Assembly (NCBI GenBank): GCA_965208675.1
Contig: OZ242351.1
Span: 1,856,001-1,920,000, forward strand
Direction of reading: 5' to 3'
Source: Candidatus Poribacteria bacterium
Lineage (GTDB): Bacteria > Poribacteria > WGA-4E > PCPOR2b
Length of the DNA stretch: 64,000 bases
Below the pieces are notes generated by a model that worked only from the letters and a program-made list of their open reading frames with translations, did no database searches and was not told where the DNA came from. Made by a program: the position numbers and the translations under genes. Below, piece by piece: positions 19,000 to 28,576 of this stretch. The number at the start of each line of letters is the position of its first letter. Position 1 is the stretch's first letter.

Positions 19000-20049
19000 C
19001 TAGGCTGGTAATTTTTCTAGTTCTAATTCTATGTCGTATTGCTCACTGTACTCCAGGAGCTTGCTCCAAACGGTCTCCGGTAATTCGATCCCAACGCGCA
19101 ACTGTTCCTGTTCAACCCTCCGTTCCAAGTCTCCGGGGACAAGTACTTCCGAAAACCCGGGCGCTGGCGGCGTGGACCGCATACCCTCAAGAAAAGCGCT
19201 GGCATTCTGCCGATAATCCTCAAGAGGCTGAAAGGCGCTCACATCAATCGCCTGAAAAAGCGTCCCGCCGATGCCGCCTGATTCGCGGTTGAAGGAACCC
19301 GCAAGCGCCCCGAGAAGACATGTCATTAAAGAGATCGCATATCCCTTGATTCCGCCAAAAACTAGAAGTCTTCCGCCTTCAATGTAATCATCAGGCTCAA
19401 CGCTTGGCTGTCCGTGCTTATCCACAATACATCCGGGCGGGAGTTTCATTCCCTTCATTTTGTAGACGTGGACTTTTGAATTCGCAAACACTGTTGTTGC
19501 GAAATCTGATATGAAAGGCTTGCCGTCGGCACTCGGAACGCCAAGCGCCACCGGGTTTGTGCTCAGACGGTTAGCAATCACTCCATGCTCGGTCATTTCG
19601 CCGGGCCCCGGCGCACCCCACCCCTCGGTCACTATGCCGATAAACCCTTCCGACGCAGCTTGTTCAACGTATTCGCCCAATCTACCAATATGATTCATGT
19701 TTACGAAGCTGACCGCTCCTATCCCGGTAGAACGTGCCTTCTGCATGGCGAGATTCATACTCCATTGTGCGGAATAGTGCCCCCAGCCTTTGCGTGCATC
19801 CACAAATGCCGTACTCGGGGTTTGCTGGAGAATCTGCGGTACATTGCTAGGAAATAAACCCTCGTGCTCTATGGAATGCATGTAATGCCTAATTAGGAAC
19901 ACACCGTGAGAAGTATGGCCTTTGAGGTCGGCGTTCACAAGAATTCTTGACACCGATTCCGCTATGTTGGGAGGGGTTCCAACAGTCTCACAAAGCTGGG
20001 CGATGAAGGTCTTAAGCTTATTGGCTTGTATCCGGCGACTGGTTTGCAT
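19000..20049 (-). CDS. Ldh_2 family (malate/L-lactate/sulfolactate-type) oxidoreductase
   Basis: G--SHG, NHIGRLG, TNPVA, D-AT, FGG-KGY, V--PG--E. Confidence 0.9.
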   Translation of the reverse strand: MQTSRRIQANKLKTFIAQLCETVGTPPNIAESVSRILVNADLKGHTSHGVFLIRHYMHSIEHEGLFPSNVPQILQQTPSTAFVDARKGWGHYSAQWSMNLAMQKARSTGIGAVSFVNMNHIGRLGEYVEQAASEGFIGIVTEGWGAPGPGEMTEHGVIANRLSTNPVALGVPSADGKPFISDFATTVFANSKVHVYKMKGMKLPPGCIVDKHGQPSVEPDDYIEGGRLLVFGGIKGYAISLMTCLLGALAGSFNRESGGIGGTLFQAIDVSAFQPLEDYRQNASAFLEGMRSTPPAPGFSEVLVPGDLERRVEQEQLRVGIELPETVWSKLLEYSEQYDIELELEKLPA

Positions 20050-20143
20050 GCCTCTCCTCCAGAGTATTTACCATCCACGGCTGAGGTGTAGCATTAATAT
20101 TTTAAACCCAGAGATAGCTGAAGATGAATCAATAATCATGTAC

Positions 20144-21418
20144 TTACCCGTTGATTTGCATTAGGACAGATTCAAGCCGGTCGACTTGTTCTTTCCGCAG
20201 CCGGTTATACACCCGCTCAGAGATTTCGCGCGCTTCGTACAACGCATCCAACCGCGTAATTATCTCAAGCCGGGCAACGCGCGTGCGCTCAAGGTCGGCA
20301 GCGTCTAACTTTCCCAGCCAACTTGCATCGGGTAATCCTTGAGGTTTCTGAGTATCGTCAGCAGCATTCAGTGTAGGACGCCGCATTTTGAAGATTGCCG
20401 CTACCAAAAAACCACCTGCAAGGGCGGCTGAGATTGCAATCAGCGCAATCAACGTTGGATTTGACGGATTCCGGTTCATCGCCTTGAAGCGCAAATCTGC
20501 TATTTGCCCGGTTGTTAATGGCTTTGCGGGATCCGTCGCATAAATAGTGTAAATCTGCTCGTGAACTTGCTCCCTGCGCCCCGCACCCAAAATTCTCGAT
20601 TGTGATGCCAGCGGGGTTCCTTCCGCAACAAAAACGTAGACCTCATCCGTATCAAATGTCAATTTCCGAGATAGGTCTAACCCCGAGTCGATGTGTGCGA
20701 CATAAGAAAATCCAACCTGTGAATTCCCCGGCTCCAATGGCTGATTAGCAACCAACCGAGTCGTCTGGGCAGTCGTATCCTGCTTGAAACTCGAATCTAT
20801 CCGTAGTGCTTCGTACCCCTTCGGCAGATTAAAATACAGACCCGTCGGTTGATTGTCAAGATCGAATCGGAACGCTGCCTTGCTCGTGTTTTCGACGCCA
20901 ATAATCTCCATCACCGAAACGGCTTGATGTTGAGCATGATCTGCCGGAGGCGGGGTAATGACAATTGTATGCTGCCGAATCTTCACCATCGAAGGGTCGT
21001 CGGTAAAACCTCCAATGTCAATATTTACCTTGACTTTAGGCACCCACTCCGACAGAACAATGTCTTTCTCGACATATTCCTCCCCGTCGTACGTGGTCGA
21101 AACCACGTAGTGTACGTCGAAAGCAGTCGAAAGATTATCAAAGGCAAAAGCCCCGCTGTTGTCTGTTGTCGTGTCGCGCTGCTGGACATCCTTGCTGTCC
21201 TGGTGAATTCGTAAAATTACTAACTGTTGAGACAGTGGTTTATCTTTCCCCCTATCTATGACACGCCCTTCGATTTTGCCTGCGTCGTTTTGTCCAACCG
21301 CGGGAGACAGAACCATTGAAACCGCGAATAATAAAAACAAAACCTTGGAAATGAATCGCAAAAAGCGCACGTTGCGCGCTATACCAATTACACGTTTGTC
21401 GTGCATATTTTTTATCAA
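20144..21418 (-). CDS. Membrane-anchored protein at the end of the ccm cluster (N-terminal carboxypeptidase-regulatory-like Ig domain, C-terminal TM helix and CcmI-like tail)
   Basis: Signal peptide, GKIEGRV...TTD-SG-F-F, TM helix near residue 330, tail LDALYEAREISERVYNRLR; overlaps the upstream gene by 4 nt. Confidence 0.75.
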   Translation of the reverse strand: MIKNMHDKRVIGIARNVRFLRFISKVLFLLFAVSMVLSPAVGQNDAGKIEGRVIDRGKDKPLSQQLVILRIHQDSKDVQQRDTTTDNSGAFAFDNLSTAFDVHYVVSTTYDGEEYVEKDIVLSEWVPKVKVNIDIGGFTDDPSMVKIRQHTIVITPPPADHAQHQAVSVMEIIGVENTSKAAFRFDLDNQPTGLYFNLPKGYEALRIDSSFKQDTTAQTTRLVANQPLEPGNSQVGFSYVAHIDSGLDLSRKLTFDTDEVYVFVAEGTPLASQSRILGAGRREQVHEQIYTIYATDPAKPLTTGQIADLRFKAMNRNPSNPTLIALIAISAALAGGFLVAAIFKMRRPTLNAADDTQKPQGLPDASWLGKLDAADLERTRVARLEIITRLDALYEAREISERVYNRLRKEQVDRLESVLMQING

Positions 21419-21753
21419 CCCCGTGATTGCTTCTCTTGTTTGTATCTCTCGATTTCTTCTTCCACCGACACCGTGTTAGTCGTATCAATCTGTGTCATAA
21501 CCGCTGCTGTTTCTTGAAGCAGTTGCGCTCGTAGGGTTTGATAATCCGCCTGCGATAACTTGCCCGTTTCGTAATCTTCCTCAAGGTCTAAAAGCGCTGA
21601 ATAGCCGCGCTCACGCTCAAGGACAAGCGTTTGCATACGTGCCTCCGCAGGTTCAATTTCTGGCGAAATGCGGGGTTGGGACCAAAGCGGGAGACCCAGA
21701 TAGACCAAAAGGGGAATTCCAAGCAACAAAATCCATAAAAACACAAAAAACAT
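21415..21753 (-). CDS. CcmI-like small membrane protein (cytochrome c maturation accessory)
   Basis: One TM helix then L-DLE-DY--GKLS--DY--LR; ATG 21753 follows GGGAG; lies after ccmH. Confidence 0.7.
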   Translation of the reverse strand: MFFVFLWILLLGIPLLVYLGLPLWSQPRISPEIEPAEARMQTLVLERERGYSALLDLEEDYETGKLSQADYQTLRAQLLQETAAVMTQIDTTNTVSVEEEIERYKQEKQSRG

Positions 21754-21781
21754 GATTACTCCCGGCATATAATGCCCGACG

Positions 21782-22288
21782 CTACCTTTGTTGTTTGTAT
21801 CGTTCCAATTCTTCCTCAATTTCAGCGTATCGACTTGCTGAATTGGACATCTGCTGCTCGGTCGAAGCGGTCGAATCCGCTAATGTCGTGCTGCGCTTCG
21901 ATCTAAGCACCAAAAAGATAATCACACCGAGCAAAACAATGATAACCGCCGGCATCGCATATGCGACGATATTAAATCCCTTGGCAGGCATCAGAGCCGA
22001 GAACTGCGTTCCGTACATTTCAAGATAGTCAGTCCGAATCTGTTGAACCGTACCGCCGGCGGCGAGGTGACTGCGAAAATCTGTTTCAATCTGTTGAGCA
22101 GTGCCGCAGACGCAATTCCTTATCGTCTCTCGCACGCAGCCGCAGTGACAGTACACGCTTGTCATCAATTCTTCTAGGTTTGATTCGAGCGATGGTTCGC
22201 TTGCGGACAACTGTTCTTGAGCAGCCGCTGCTGAAATTAAGCAGCCAAACGACATTAAAATCAAGAGAACGGTGCTGCGGATTTTCAT
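21782..22288 (-). CDS. ccmH: Cytochrome c biogenesis protein CcmH-like (Cys-rich variant)
   Basis: Signal peptide, CHCGC...CVC, then I---L--G-T--QI--------YG, C-terminal TM helix; immediately after ccmF. Confidence 0.8.
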   Translation of the reverse strand: MKIRSTVLLILMSFGCLISAAAAQEQLSASEPSLESNLEELMTSVYCHCGCVRETIRNCVCGTAQQIETDFRSHLAAGGTVQQIRTDYLEMYGTQFSALMPAKGFNIVAYAMPAVIIVLLGVIIFLVLRSKRSTTLADSTASTEQQMSNSASRYAEIEEELERYKQQR

Positions 22289-22289
22289 T

Positions 22290-24305
22290 TTACACATTGC
22301 CTTTTGCGTGCTTCTCGCACATTGCGACTAAACCGCCAATCATCATGACGGCAACACCAAGCCAGACTACATTGACAAGCGGATTATGGTAAACTTGGAC
22401 AGAAACGATGCCTCCCGACTCCAAATGGGCAGGAACGTTTTCAGGAAGGGGCCCTAACGCAATATAAAGGTCGTTCAATCCGAAATGACGAATCGAAGAT
22501 TCGATCGTATCTTGGTCGCCCTGCTCGGCTTTGTGATAAAATCCGCGTGCCGGCCGCATCGTTCCCATCGGCTTACCGTCTTTTTCAACCGCGAATACTA
22601 CGCCGCCGAGCGAGAAATTCGGGTGCTCCTCCTGAAACGCACTTTCCACCGTGAGATTGAATTTCCCTATCTCCATTGATTCCCCACGTTGCAGCCCCTT
22701 CGATTCCAACAAATAATAACCCTTAGACCCCAGAATTCCAATGTATACAATCACGATTCCGATATGGACAATGTATCCACCGTACCGGCGTTTGTTACGT
22801 TTAACCAGTCGGATTAGCCCATCAACGAAACCGGTTTCTTGACGTTTGGCACGCAATTTAGCGCCGCGGTAGAATTCGTCAGAGATAGCCGCGAGGACAA
22901 ATACACCGGCAAAAACGCATAGCACAGAGTAGACTGCTGAAGTGTGCCCTTTCAAAGCCAGATACACCAATGAAAGCACGGCTCCGACTATACCGAATAC
23001 AATCGGTTTCGCAAACATCCGCCTGAAGTTGCTTGGCGTCAACTTTTTCCAGGAAGTGATAGGGCCAATCCCCGTCAACAACAAAAGTAGCAGTCCGGGA
23101 ATGATGACTACCTGATTGAAGAACGACTCGGGCACGGCAACTTTCTCACCGGTAACGCCTTCTGTGATAATTGGCCACAGCGTTCCCCAGAGTATTATCA
23201 GTGTCAATCCCACAAGCATCCAATTATTGAGAAGGAATGCGCTTTCACGGGAAAGCAGGGATTCGAGTCGATTGGGGCTTTTCAGGTCGTTCCAACGGTA
23301 CGCAAGAAGCGCAATCACACCTAGAGTGGAAAGACCAATGAATATCAGAAAATAGTGTCCGATGTCGGACTGTGCAAACGCATGCACAGAAGAGACGATT
23401 CCGCTGCGGGTGATGAACGTTCCCAACAGTGTAAACTCAAACGCCAGCGTAATCAAGATGATATTCCAGAGTTTGAGCATATTCCGCTTTTCTTGAATCA
23501 TCACCGAATGCAGATAGGCGGTCCCAAGCAGCCACGGCATGAACGAGGCATTTTCGACCGGATCCCACGCCCAATAGCCGCCCCACCCGAGTTCGCGATA
23601 CGCCCAATTCCCGCCGAGCGTAATGCCGAGCGTCAACACAAGCCAGGATGCCATCATCCACCGCCGAGATCTGACTATCCACTCGCTGCCTGTCTTGCCT
23701 GCGGCTAGTGCGCCAATCGCAAAGGAGAAGGGTACGGTCAGGCTGACGAAGCCGACGTATAGGGATGGCGGATGAAATACCATACTCGGCGTTTGCAGGA
23801 GCGGATTCATCCCATTGCCGTCCGGGGCGATTCCATCGTTTGGAAAACGCTCTAGTGGATTATAGACGCCCTCAATTAAGCCTGTTACGAGAATGATAAA
23901 AAAGAGCTGCACTATTGAAATAGGGATGAGGGCATAGTCCGCCAAATGATCTGTCGCACGTTGGCTTGTCCATATAACCAAGGCACCAAAAAGCGTCACC
24001 AGCCAAAGCCAAAACAGGAGAGAGCCGGACATCCGTCCCCACAACGCAGTGACCTTGTACATCAGGGGTTGGTCGTAGCTGGAGACCTCGACGACATATC
24101 TCATCGAAAAATCGTCCGTAACAAAACCGTAGATTAGCGCACCAGTCGCAAGCGTTATTAAAGCGAACGTGCCAACGACGCCGTTGCGTCCGCTGACGAC
24201 CGCATTGTAGCTTTTGCGGCGCAGTCCCATCCACAGCATCACCATCGCCCACAGACACGAAAAAACTGAAAGCCATATTGCTGCTTGTCCCAATTCTGCC
24301 ATCAT
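22290..24305 (-). CDS. ccmF: Heme lyase CcmF
   Basis: [30 protein letters not shown] (WWD domain), TRSG---SVHAFA, many TM helices. Confidence 0.97.
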   Translation of the reverse strand: [671 protein letters not shown]

Positions 24306-24325
24306 AAGACTATTCCTGAGTATGC

Positions 24326-24772
24326 CTAATATTCGCCTTCACTTGCCTTGCTAGCTTGCGCAGTAACTCCTTCAACTGCTTCGTATTTCGACGCACACTT
24401 CGTTTGGAGTTTGGTGGCAATGATAAGATTTTCCGCCGCCTTATACTCCCCCTGAACAAAAACGTTCCCACCATCTTTGAAATTATCCGGTTTGATTCTA
24501 TTAGCATACAGGACATTTACTTCCGCTTTGCTTTCACGATCCCGCACGGCAAAGGTAAGCTGAAACTTCGTTGGATCCCATTCGGTTGTGCCCTCAGAAA
24601 TCAGCCCGTCGACTTGGATGCCCTTATTGTCAACTTCTTGTGCGTGCGCTACGAGCCCATCGGGTGTGAAGTGCCGCATGCTGGTGTTCTTTACGCCGGC
24701 AACAACCAAGAACACCAGCGCACAAGCGATGATCGCGCTCGCACAAATTACCTTAATTCTTCTTCTATTCAC
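24326..24772 (-). CDS. ccmE: Heme chaperone CcmE, CxxxY variant
   Basis: N-terminal TM helix, PD-FK-G--V-V-G, KCASKY in place of HxxxY. Confidence 0.93.
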   Translation of the reverse strand: MNRRRIKVICASAIIACALVFLVVAGVKNTSMRHFTPDGLVAHAQEVDNKGIQVDGLISEGTTEWDPTKFQLTFAVRDRESKAEVNVLYANRIKPDNFKDGGNVFVQGEYKAAENLIIATKLQTKCASKYEAVEGVTAQASKASEGEY

Positions 24773-26310
24773 GATTTGCTCTCCTTTCCCGCGTAAAATA
24801 TGGCTATCTCTTCTGCTAAATTCTCAATAGTCGTTTCGTTTGCAACTACATCCACCGTTAACCCGCTTCGTTGGACCGCTGATGCTGTTGATGGACCGAT
24901 TACCGCGGTGTGGACATTTGCAAGTAACGCCGCCGGCGAATGCTGATTAAACATATCCAGAAAGTTTGTAATAGCCGATGCGCTTGTAAACGTCACCATG
25001 TCAATCCTCCCGTTGAGCAGGTCAGCTTCGATTTCCCCACTTCGTTCCATGCCGGCTTTAACGGTATCGTAGATTGGAATAACATCAACAATCGCCCCCC
25101 GCTCGCGCAATCCGTCCGGAAGCTCATGAGAGGCGATTCTTGCACGAGGCACCAAGATTTTTTGTGCTGTGACCGGCTCCAACTCAGCAGCAATTGCCGC
25201 GCTATGAGATCGAGATGGCACAAAATCTGTACAAATCCCAATCCTGTCCAACGCTTCGACCGTTTTCTGACCAACTGCACAAATTCGTGCGTCTCCAAAC
25301 GACCGGGAATCGCCTCCCGATTTTCGTAAATTGCAGTAGAAAATCTCAACCGCGTTGACGCTCGTGAAGATTATCCAGTTGTATCCGGCGAGTCCACCGA
25401 TTGCCGCATCAAATGCCGCATTGTTGTTGATTGGCTGAATCTCGATTGTGGGAAACTGAACTGTTTGTGCGCCGTAGGATTCCAATTTTTCTGCCAATTC
25501 GCTGATTTGCGCACGCGCGCGAGTCACAACAATCGTTCGCCCAAAAAGTGGTTTTCGATCATACCAACGCAGATCATTGCGGAGCGTGTTCACCTCACCC
25601 ACAACAATCGCCGCCGGCGAGCGGAAACCAACCGATTCCGCCTTTAGTGCAATATTCGCTAGTGTTCCCTCAAGGGTTTCTTGCTGCGGCGTTGTGCCCC
25701 AATGAATCAAGGCGATAGGGGTTTCCGGATTACGGCCGTAATTGATGAGTCGTTCTGTTATTTGGCGTAAATGTCCGATGCCCATGAGGACAACAAGCGT
25801 ATCGACCGCCGTTGAAAGCTGTTCCCAACGAACGGGCGAATCTGACCCCAATGCAGCTGAATGTCCTGTCACGATGGCAACCGAAGATGCATATTCTCGG
25901 TGTGTCACCGGGATGCCAGCGTACGCCGGCGCAGCGATAGCCGAGCTAATACCGGGCACAATTTCAAATTCAATCCCCGCATCTGCGAGTATTAAGGCTT
26001 CCTCCCCACCCCGTCCAAAGACAAACGGATCGCCGCCTTTTAGCCGCACGACCGTCTTTCCTGCCATCGCGTGCTGAACCATCAGGCTATTAATATCAGA
26101 CTGTTGCCTCGCCTGCTCGCCCGCCATTTTTCCGCCATAAATCTTCTTGGCGAGAGGCGAAGCGTGCTCAAGTAATTTGACGTTGACGAGGAGGTCATAG
26201 ATTACGACATCTGCCCGTTGGAGGCATTCAACCCCTTTGAGCGTGATTAGTCTCGGATCGCCCGGCCCCGCTCCAACGAGGTAGACTTTCCCACATTTAG
26301 CGGACATCAT
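24769..26310 (-). CDS. cobA: Fused uroporphyrinogen-III C-methyltransferase / uroporphyrinogen-III synthase (CobA-HemD)
   Basis: VYLVGAGPGDP, RLKGGDPFVFGRGGEE, then a HemD domain VTRA, FTS-NAV, FTSAS, IGP-T. Confidence 0.96.
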   Translation of the reverse strand: MMSAKCGKVYLVGAGPGDPRLITLKGVECLQRADVVIYDLLVNVKLLEHASPLAKKIYGGKMAGEQARQQSDINSLMVQHAMAGKTVVRLKGGDPFVFGRGGEEALILADAGIEFEIVPGISSAIAAPAYAGIPVTHREYASSVAIVTGHSAALGSDSPVRWEQLSTAVDTLVVLMGIGHLRQITERLINYGRNPETPIALIHWGTTPQQETLEGTLANIALKAESVGFRSPAAIVVGEVNTLRNDLRWYDRKPLFGRTIVVTRARAQISELAEKLESYGAQTVQFPTIEIQPINNNAAFDAAIGGLAGYNWIIFTSVNAVEIFYCNLRKSGGDSRSFGDARICAVGQKTVEALDRIGICTDFVPSRSHSAAIAAELEPVTAQKILVPRARIASHELPDGLRERGAIVDVIPIYDTVKAGMERSGEIEADLLNGRIDMVTFTSASAITNFLDMFNQHSPAALLANVHTAVIGPSTASAVQRSGLTVDVVANETTIENLAEEIAIFYAGKESKS

Positions 26311-26330
26311 GCATGTGTTACTTTCACCTT

Positions 26331-27239
26331 TTACCTTAGAAGTTTGCCCGCGCCGCCATCAATCAGTCTGCTTACGAGGTTGGAAGCCATTTCATCGGCA
26401 CACGCGGGGCTGCCTGAAAACCGCTCAAGCATGCGGTGCTTTCCATCCGGGCTGCAAACCGCAGCCATTATATGAAGCGTATTGCCCTTCAGCTCTGAAT
26501 ACGCGCCAATCGGGACTTGACAGCCACCGCCCAATCCCCCTAACACAGCCCTTTCCGCGAACACCTCGGTTTCGCTTTGACTATCGTTGATTGCGGCCAA
26601 CAACACTTTTATCTCATGGTCATCTTCGCGCGCTTCTATACCCAAGGCGCCCTGTCCGGGGGCGGGGACCATCCGGCTACTCTCAAAATACTCCGTAATT
26701 ATTTCCTCGCCAATCAGCCGTTTAATTCCCGCCGCAGCAAGGATAACTCCATCAAGCTCAGTTTCGTGTAATTTGCGGAGGCGCGTATCAAGATTTCCTC
26801 GAACATTTACAACCTGTAAATCAGGGCGTAAGTGCAAAAGCTGGGATTTTCGGCGCGGACTCGTCGTACCAATTTTTGCTCCTTTTGGGAGTTGATTGAG
26901 GCCTAGTCCGGATTGTGTAACTAGCACATCGCGCGGATCTTCGCGTGCAGGAATTGCGGCGATACAAAGCCCGCCCGGTAATTCTGTAGGCAGGTCTTTC
27001 ATGCTGTGGACAGCGAGGTCGATTCCGCCATCCAAAAGTGCAATCTCAATCTCCTTTGTAAACACCCCTTTGCCAAGCCCGGCAAGAGAAGATTCTCTAA
27101 TTTTGTCCCCAGTCGTTTGGATAATTTGAAGTGTTACCCCGATGTCGGGGAATTGTCGGTTTAGCTGCTTCTTAACATACTCCGCCTGCCAGAGCGCAAG
27201 CTGACTGCCGCGTGTGCCAATGGTGATGGTTTGTCTCAT
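26331..27239 (-). CDS. hemC: Hydroxymethylbilane synthase (porphobilinogen deaminase)
   Basis: IGTRGS-LALWQ, KGVFTKEIE, AVHS-KDLP, RGNLDTRL, GGCQVPIG (track starts at 27263). Confidence 0.97.
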   Translation of the reverse strand: MRQTITIGTRGSQLALWQAEYVKKQLNRQFPDIGVTLQIIQTTGDKIRESSLAGLGKGVFTKEIEIALLDGGIDLAVHSMKDLPTELPGGLCIAAIPAREDPRDVLVTQSGLGLNQLPKGAKIGTTSPRRKSQLLHLRPDLQVVNVRGNLDTRLRKLHETELDGVILAAAGIKRLIGEEIITEYFESSRMVPAPGQGALGIEAREDDHEIKVLLAAINDSQSETEVFAERAVLGGLGGGCQVPIGAYSELKGNTLHIMAAVCSPDGKHRMLERFSGSPACADEMASNLVSRLIDGGAGKLLR

Positions 27240-27259
27240 TAGCTGCATCCGTCCGTGTT

Positions 27260-28576
27260 TCAAACATCCGTTTCACCAGTGTGCTCCAACCCAAACAGCA
27301 CCTGCAATGCGCGAACATACGGGACATTATCTTCATTGATGTTGTCCGCTATCTCAAGAGAATCAGAATCCATAGCAACCTGCCTCAAATGCGTCGTTGG
27401 TTGATGCAGTAACTTTTTAGTAATGGATTGAATCATGGATTCAACGATTTTCTGCTGCTGGGGTGATAGCTCCGCCTTGTCCAAACAGATGTCCAATTCT
27501 CTTGAGGCAATACCCTGAAATTTCTGGTATAAAGCCTTTATAATCGGGTTTACATCAAGTGCCTGCAACTCTAAGTAAAACTTTAGAGCTTCTGCTTCGA
27601 CAATTTGTGCCGCAATTTCCGCTTCCTGCCCCCGCTCTTTGAGGTTTGAAGCGACCACAGCTTCAAGATCGTCGATGTTGTACAGAAACGCATTTTCCAC
27701 CGCTCCCACTCGCGGGTCAATATCCCGAGGCACCGCTATGTCGATTAGAAACATGTAGCGGTGTTTCCGCTTTCTCATAATTTCCACAAGCGATTTGCGG
27801 TGGATTAAGTGATGCGAGGCGTTGGTAGAAGTAATCACAATGTCGGCGTCAACGAGGAAGTTCAAATTTGCATCATAGGTTAATGGGGTACCGCTGAATT
27901 TTTCAGCGATTTCCACGGCGTGCTCGAACGTTCTGTTCGCAACGATTACTTTCGACACGCCATTCTCCACGAGGTGTTTCGCCGTGAGTTCGCTCATTTC
28001 ACCCGCACCGATAATCACAACCGTTTTGTCTTCGAGGCTCTGGAAGATTTTCTTGGCGAGTTGAACCGCTACAAAACTGATTGAAACCGCACCGGCGCCT
28101 ATGTCGGTTTCCGTACGAACTCGTTTCCCGACGCGAATCGCTTTTGTGAATAAGCGCTTAAGAACATCACCGCTTGCACCAGCCGAAAGAGAATCGTCAT
28201 ACGCCGCCTTTACCTGTCCGAGAATTTGCGGCTCGCCAACAACCATGGAATCCAGGCTGGTTACAACGTTAAACAGATGCCGAACGGCATCAAGGTTTTG
28301 GTAATTGTATGTGAATTGCGCGAGTTGACGCCGATCAACCTGATGGTAATCCGATAGAAAATCGAAAAGCAAGGTACAGCCATCTTTGCTGTTAGCCGCA
28401 GCATAGATTTCGACCCGGTTGCATGTCGAGAGGATAACGGCCTCTTTAATCCGGCGATTATCCTTCAATAATCGGAACGCTTCCACATATTGATCTTCGG
28501 AAAATGACACCCGTTCTCGGCAATCGAGCGGGGCAGTATGGTGGCTGGTACCGACAACAAATATCTGGTTCATCAT
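27260..28576 (-). CDS. hemA: Glutamyl-tRNA reductase
   Basis: STCNRVE, SLDSMVVGEPQILGQVK, GAGEM, DIAVPRD. Confidence 0.98.
   Translation of the reverse strand: MMNQIFVVGTSHHTAPLDCRERVSFSEDQYVEAFRLLKDNRRIKEAVILSTCNRVEIYAAANSKDGCTLLFDFLSDYHQVDRRQLAQFTYNYQNLDAVRHLFNVVTSLDSMVVGEPQILGQVKAAYDDSLSAGASGDVLKRLFTKAIRVGKRVRTETDIGAGAVSISFVAVQLAKKIFQSLEDKTVVIIGAGEMSELTAKHLVENGVSKVIVANRTFEHAVEIAEKFSGTPLTYDANLNFLVDADIVITSTNASHHLIHRKSLVEIMRKRKHRYMFLIDIAVPRDIDPRVGAVENAFLYNIDDLEAVVASNLKERGQEAEIAAQIVEAEALKFYLELQALDVNPIIKALYQKFQGIASRELDICLDKAELSPQQQKIVESMIQSITKKLLHQPTTHLRQVAMDSDSLEIADNINEDNVPYVRALQVLFGLEHTGETDV

Noticed and set aside
24769-26310. Cobalamin biosynthesis cluster suggested by cobA
   Set aside because: No cbi/cob ring-modification genes; the context fits siroheme/heme synthesis.
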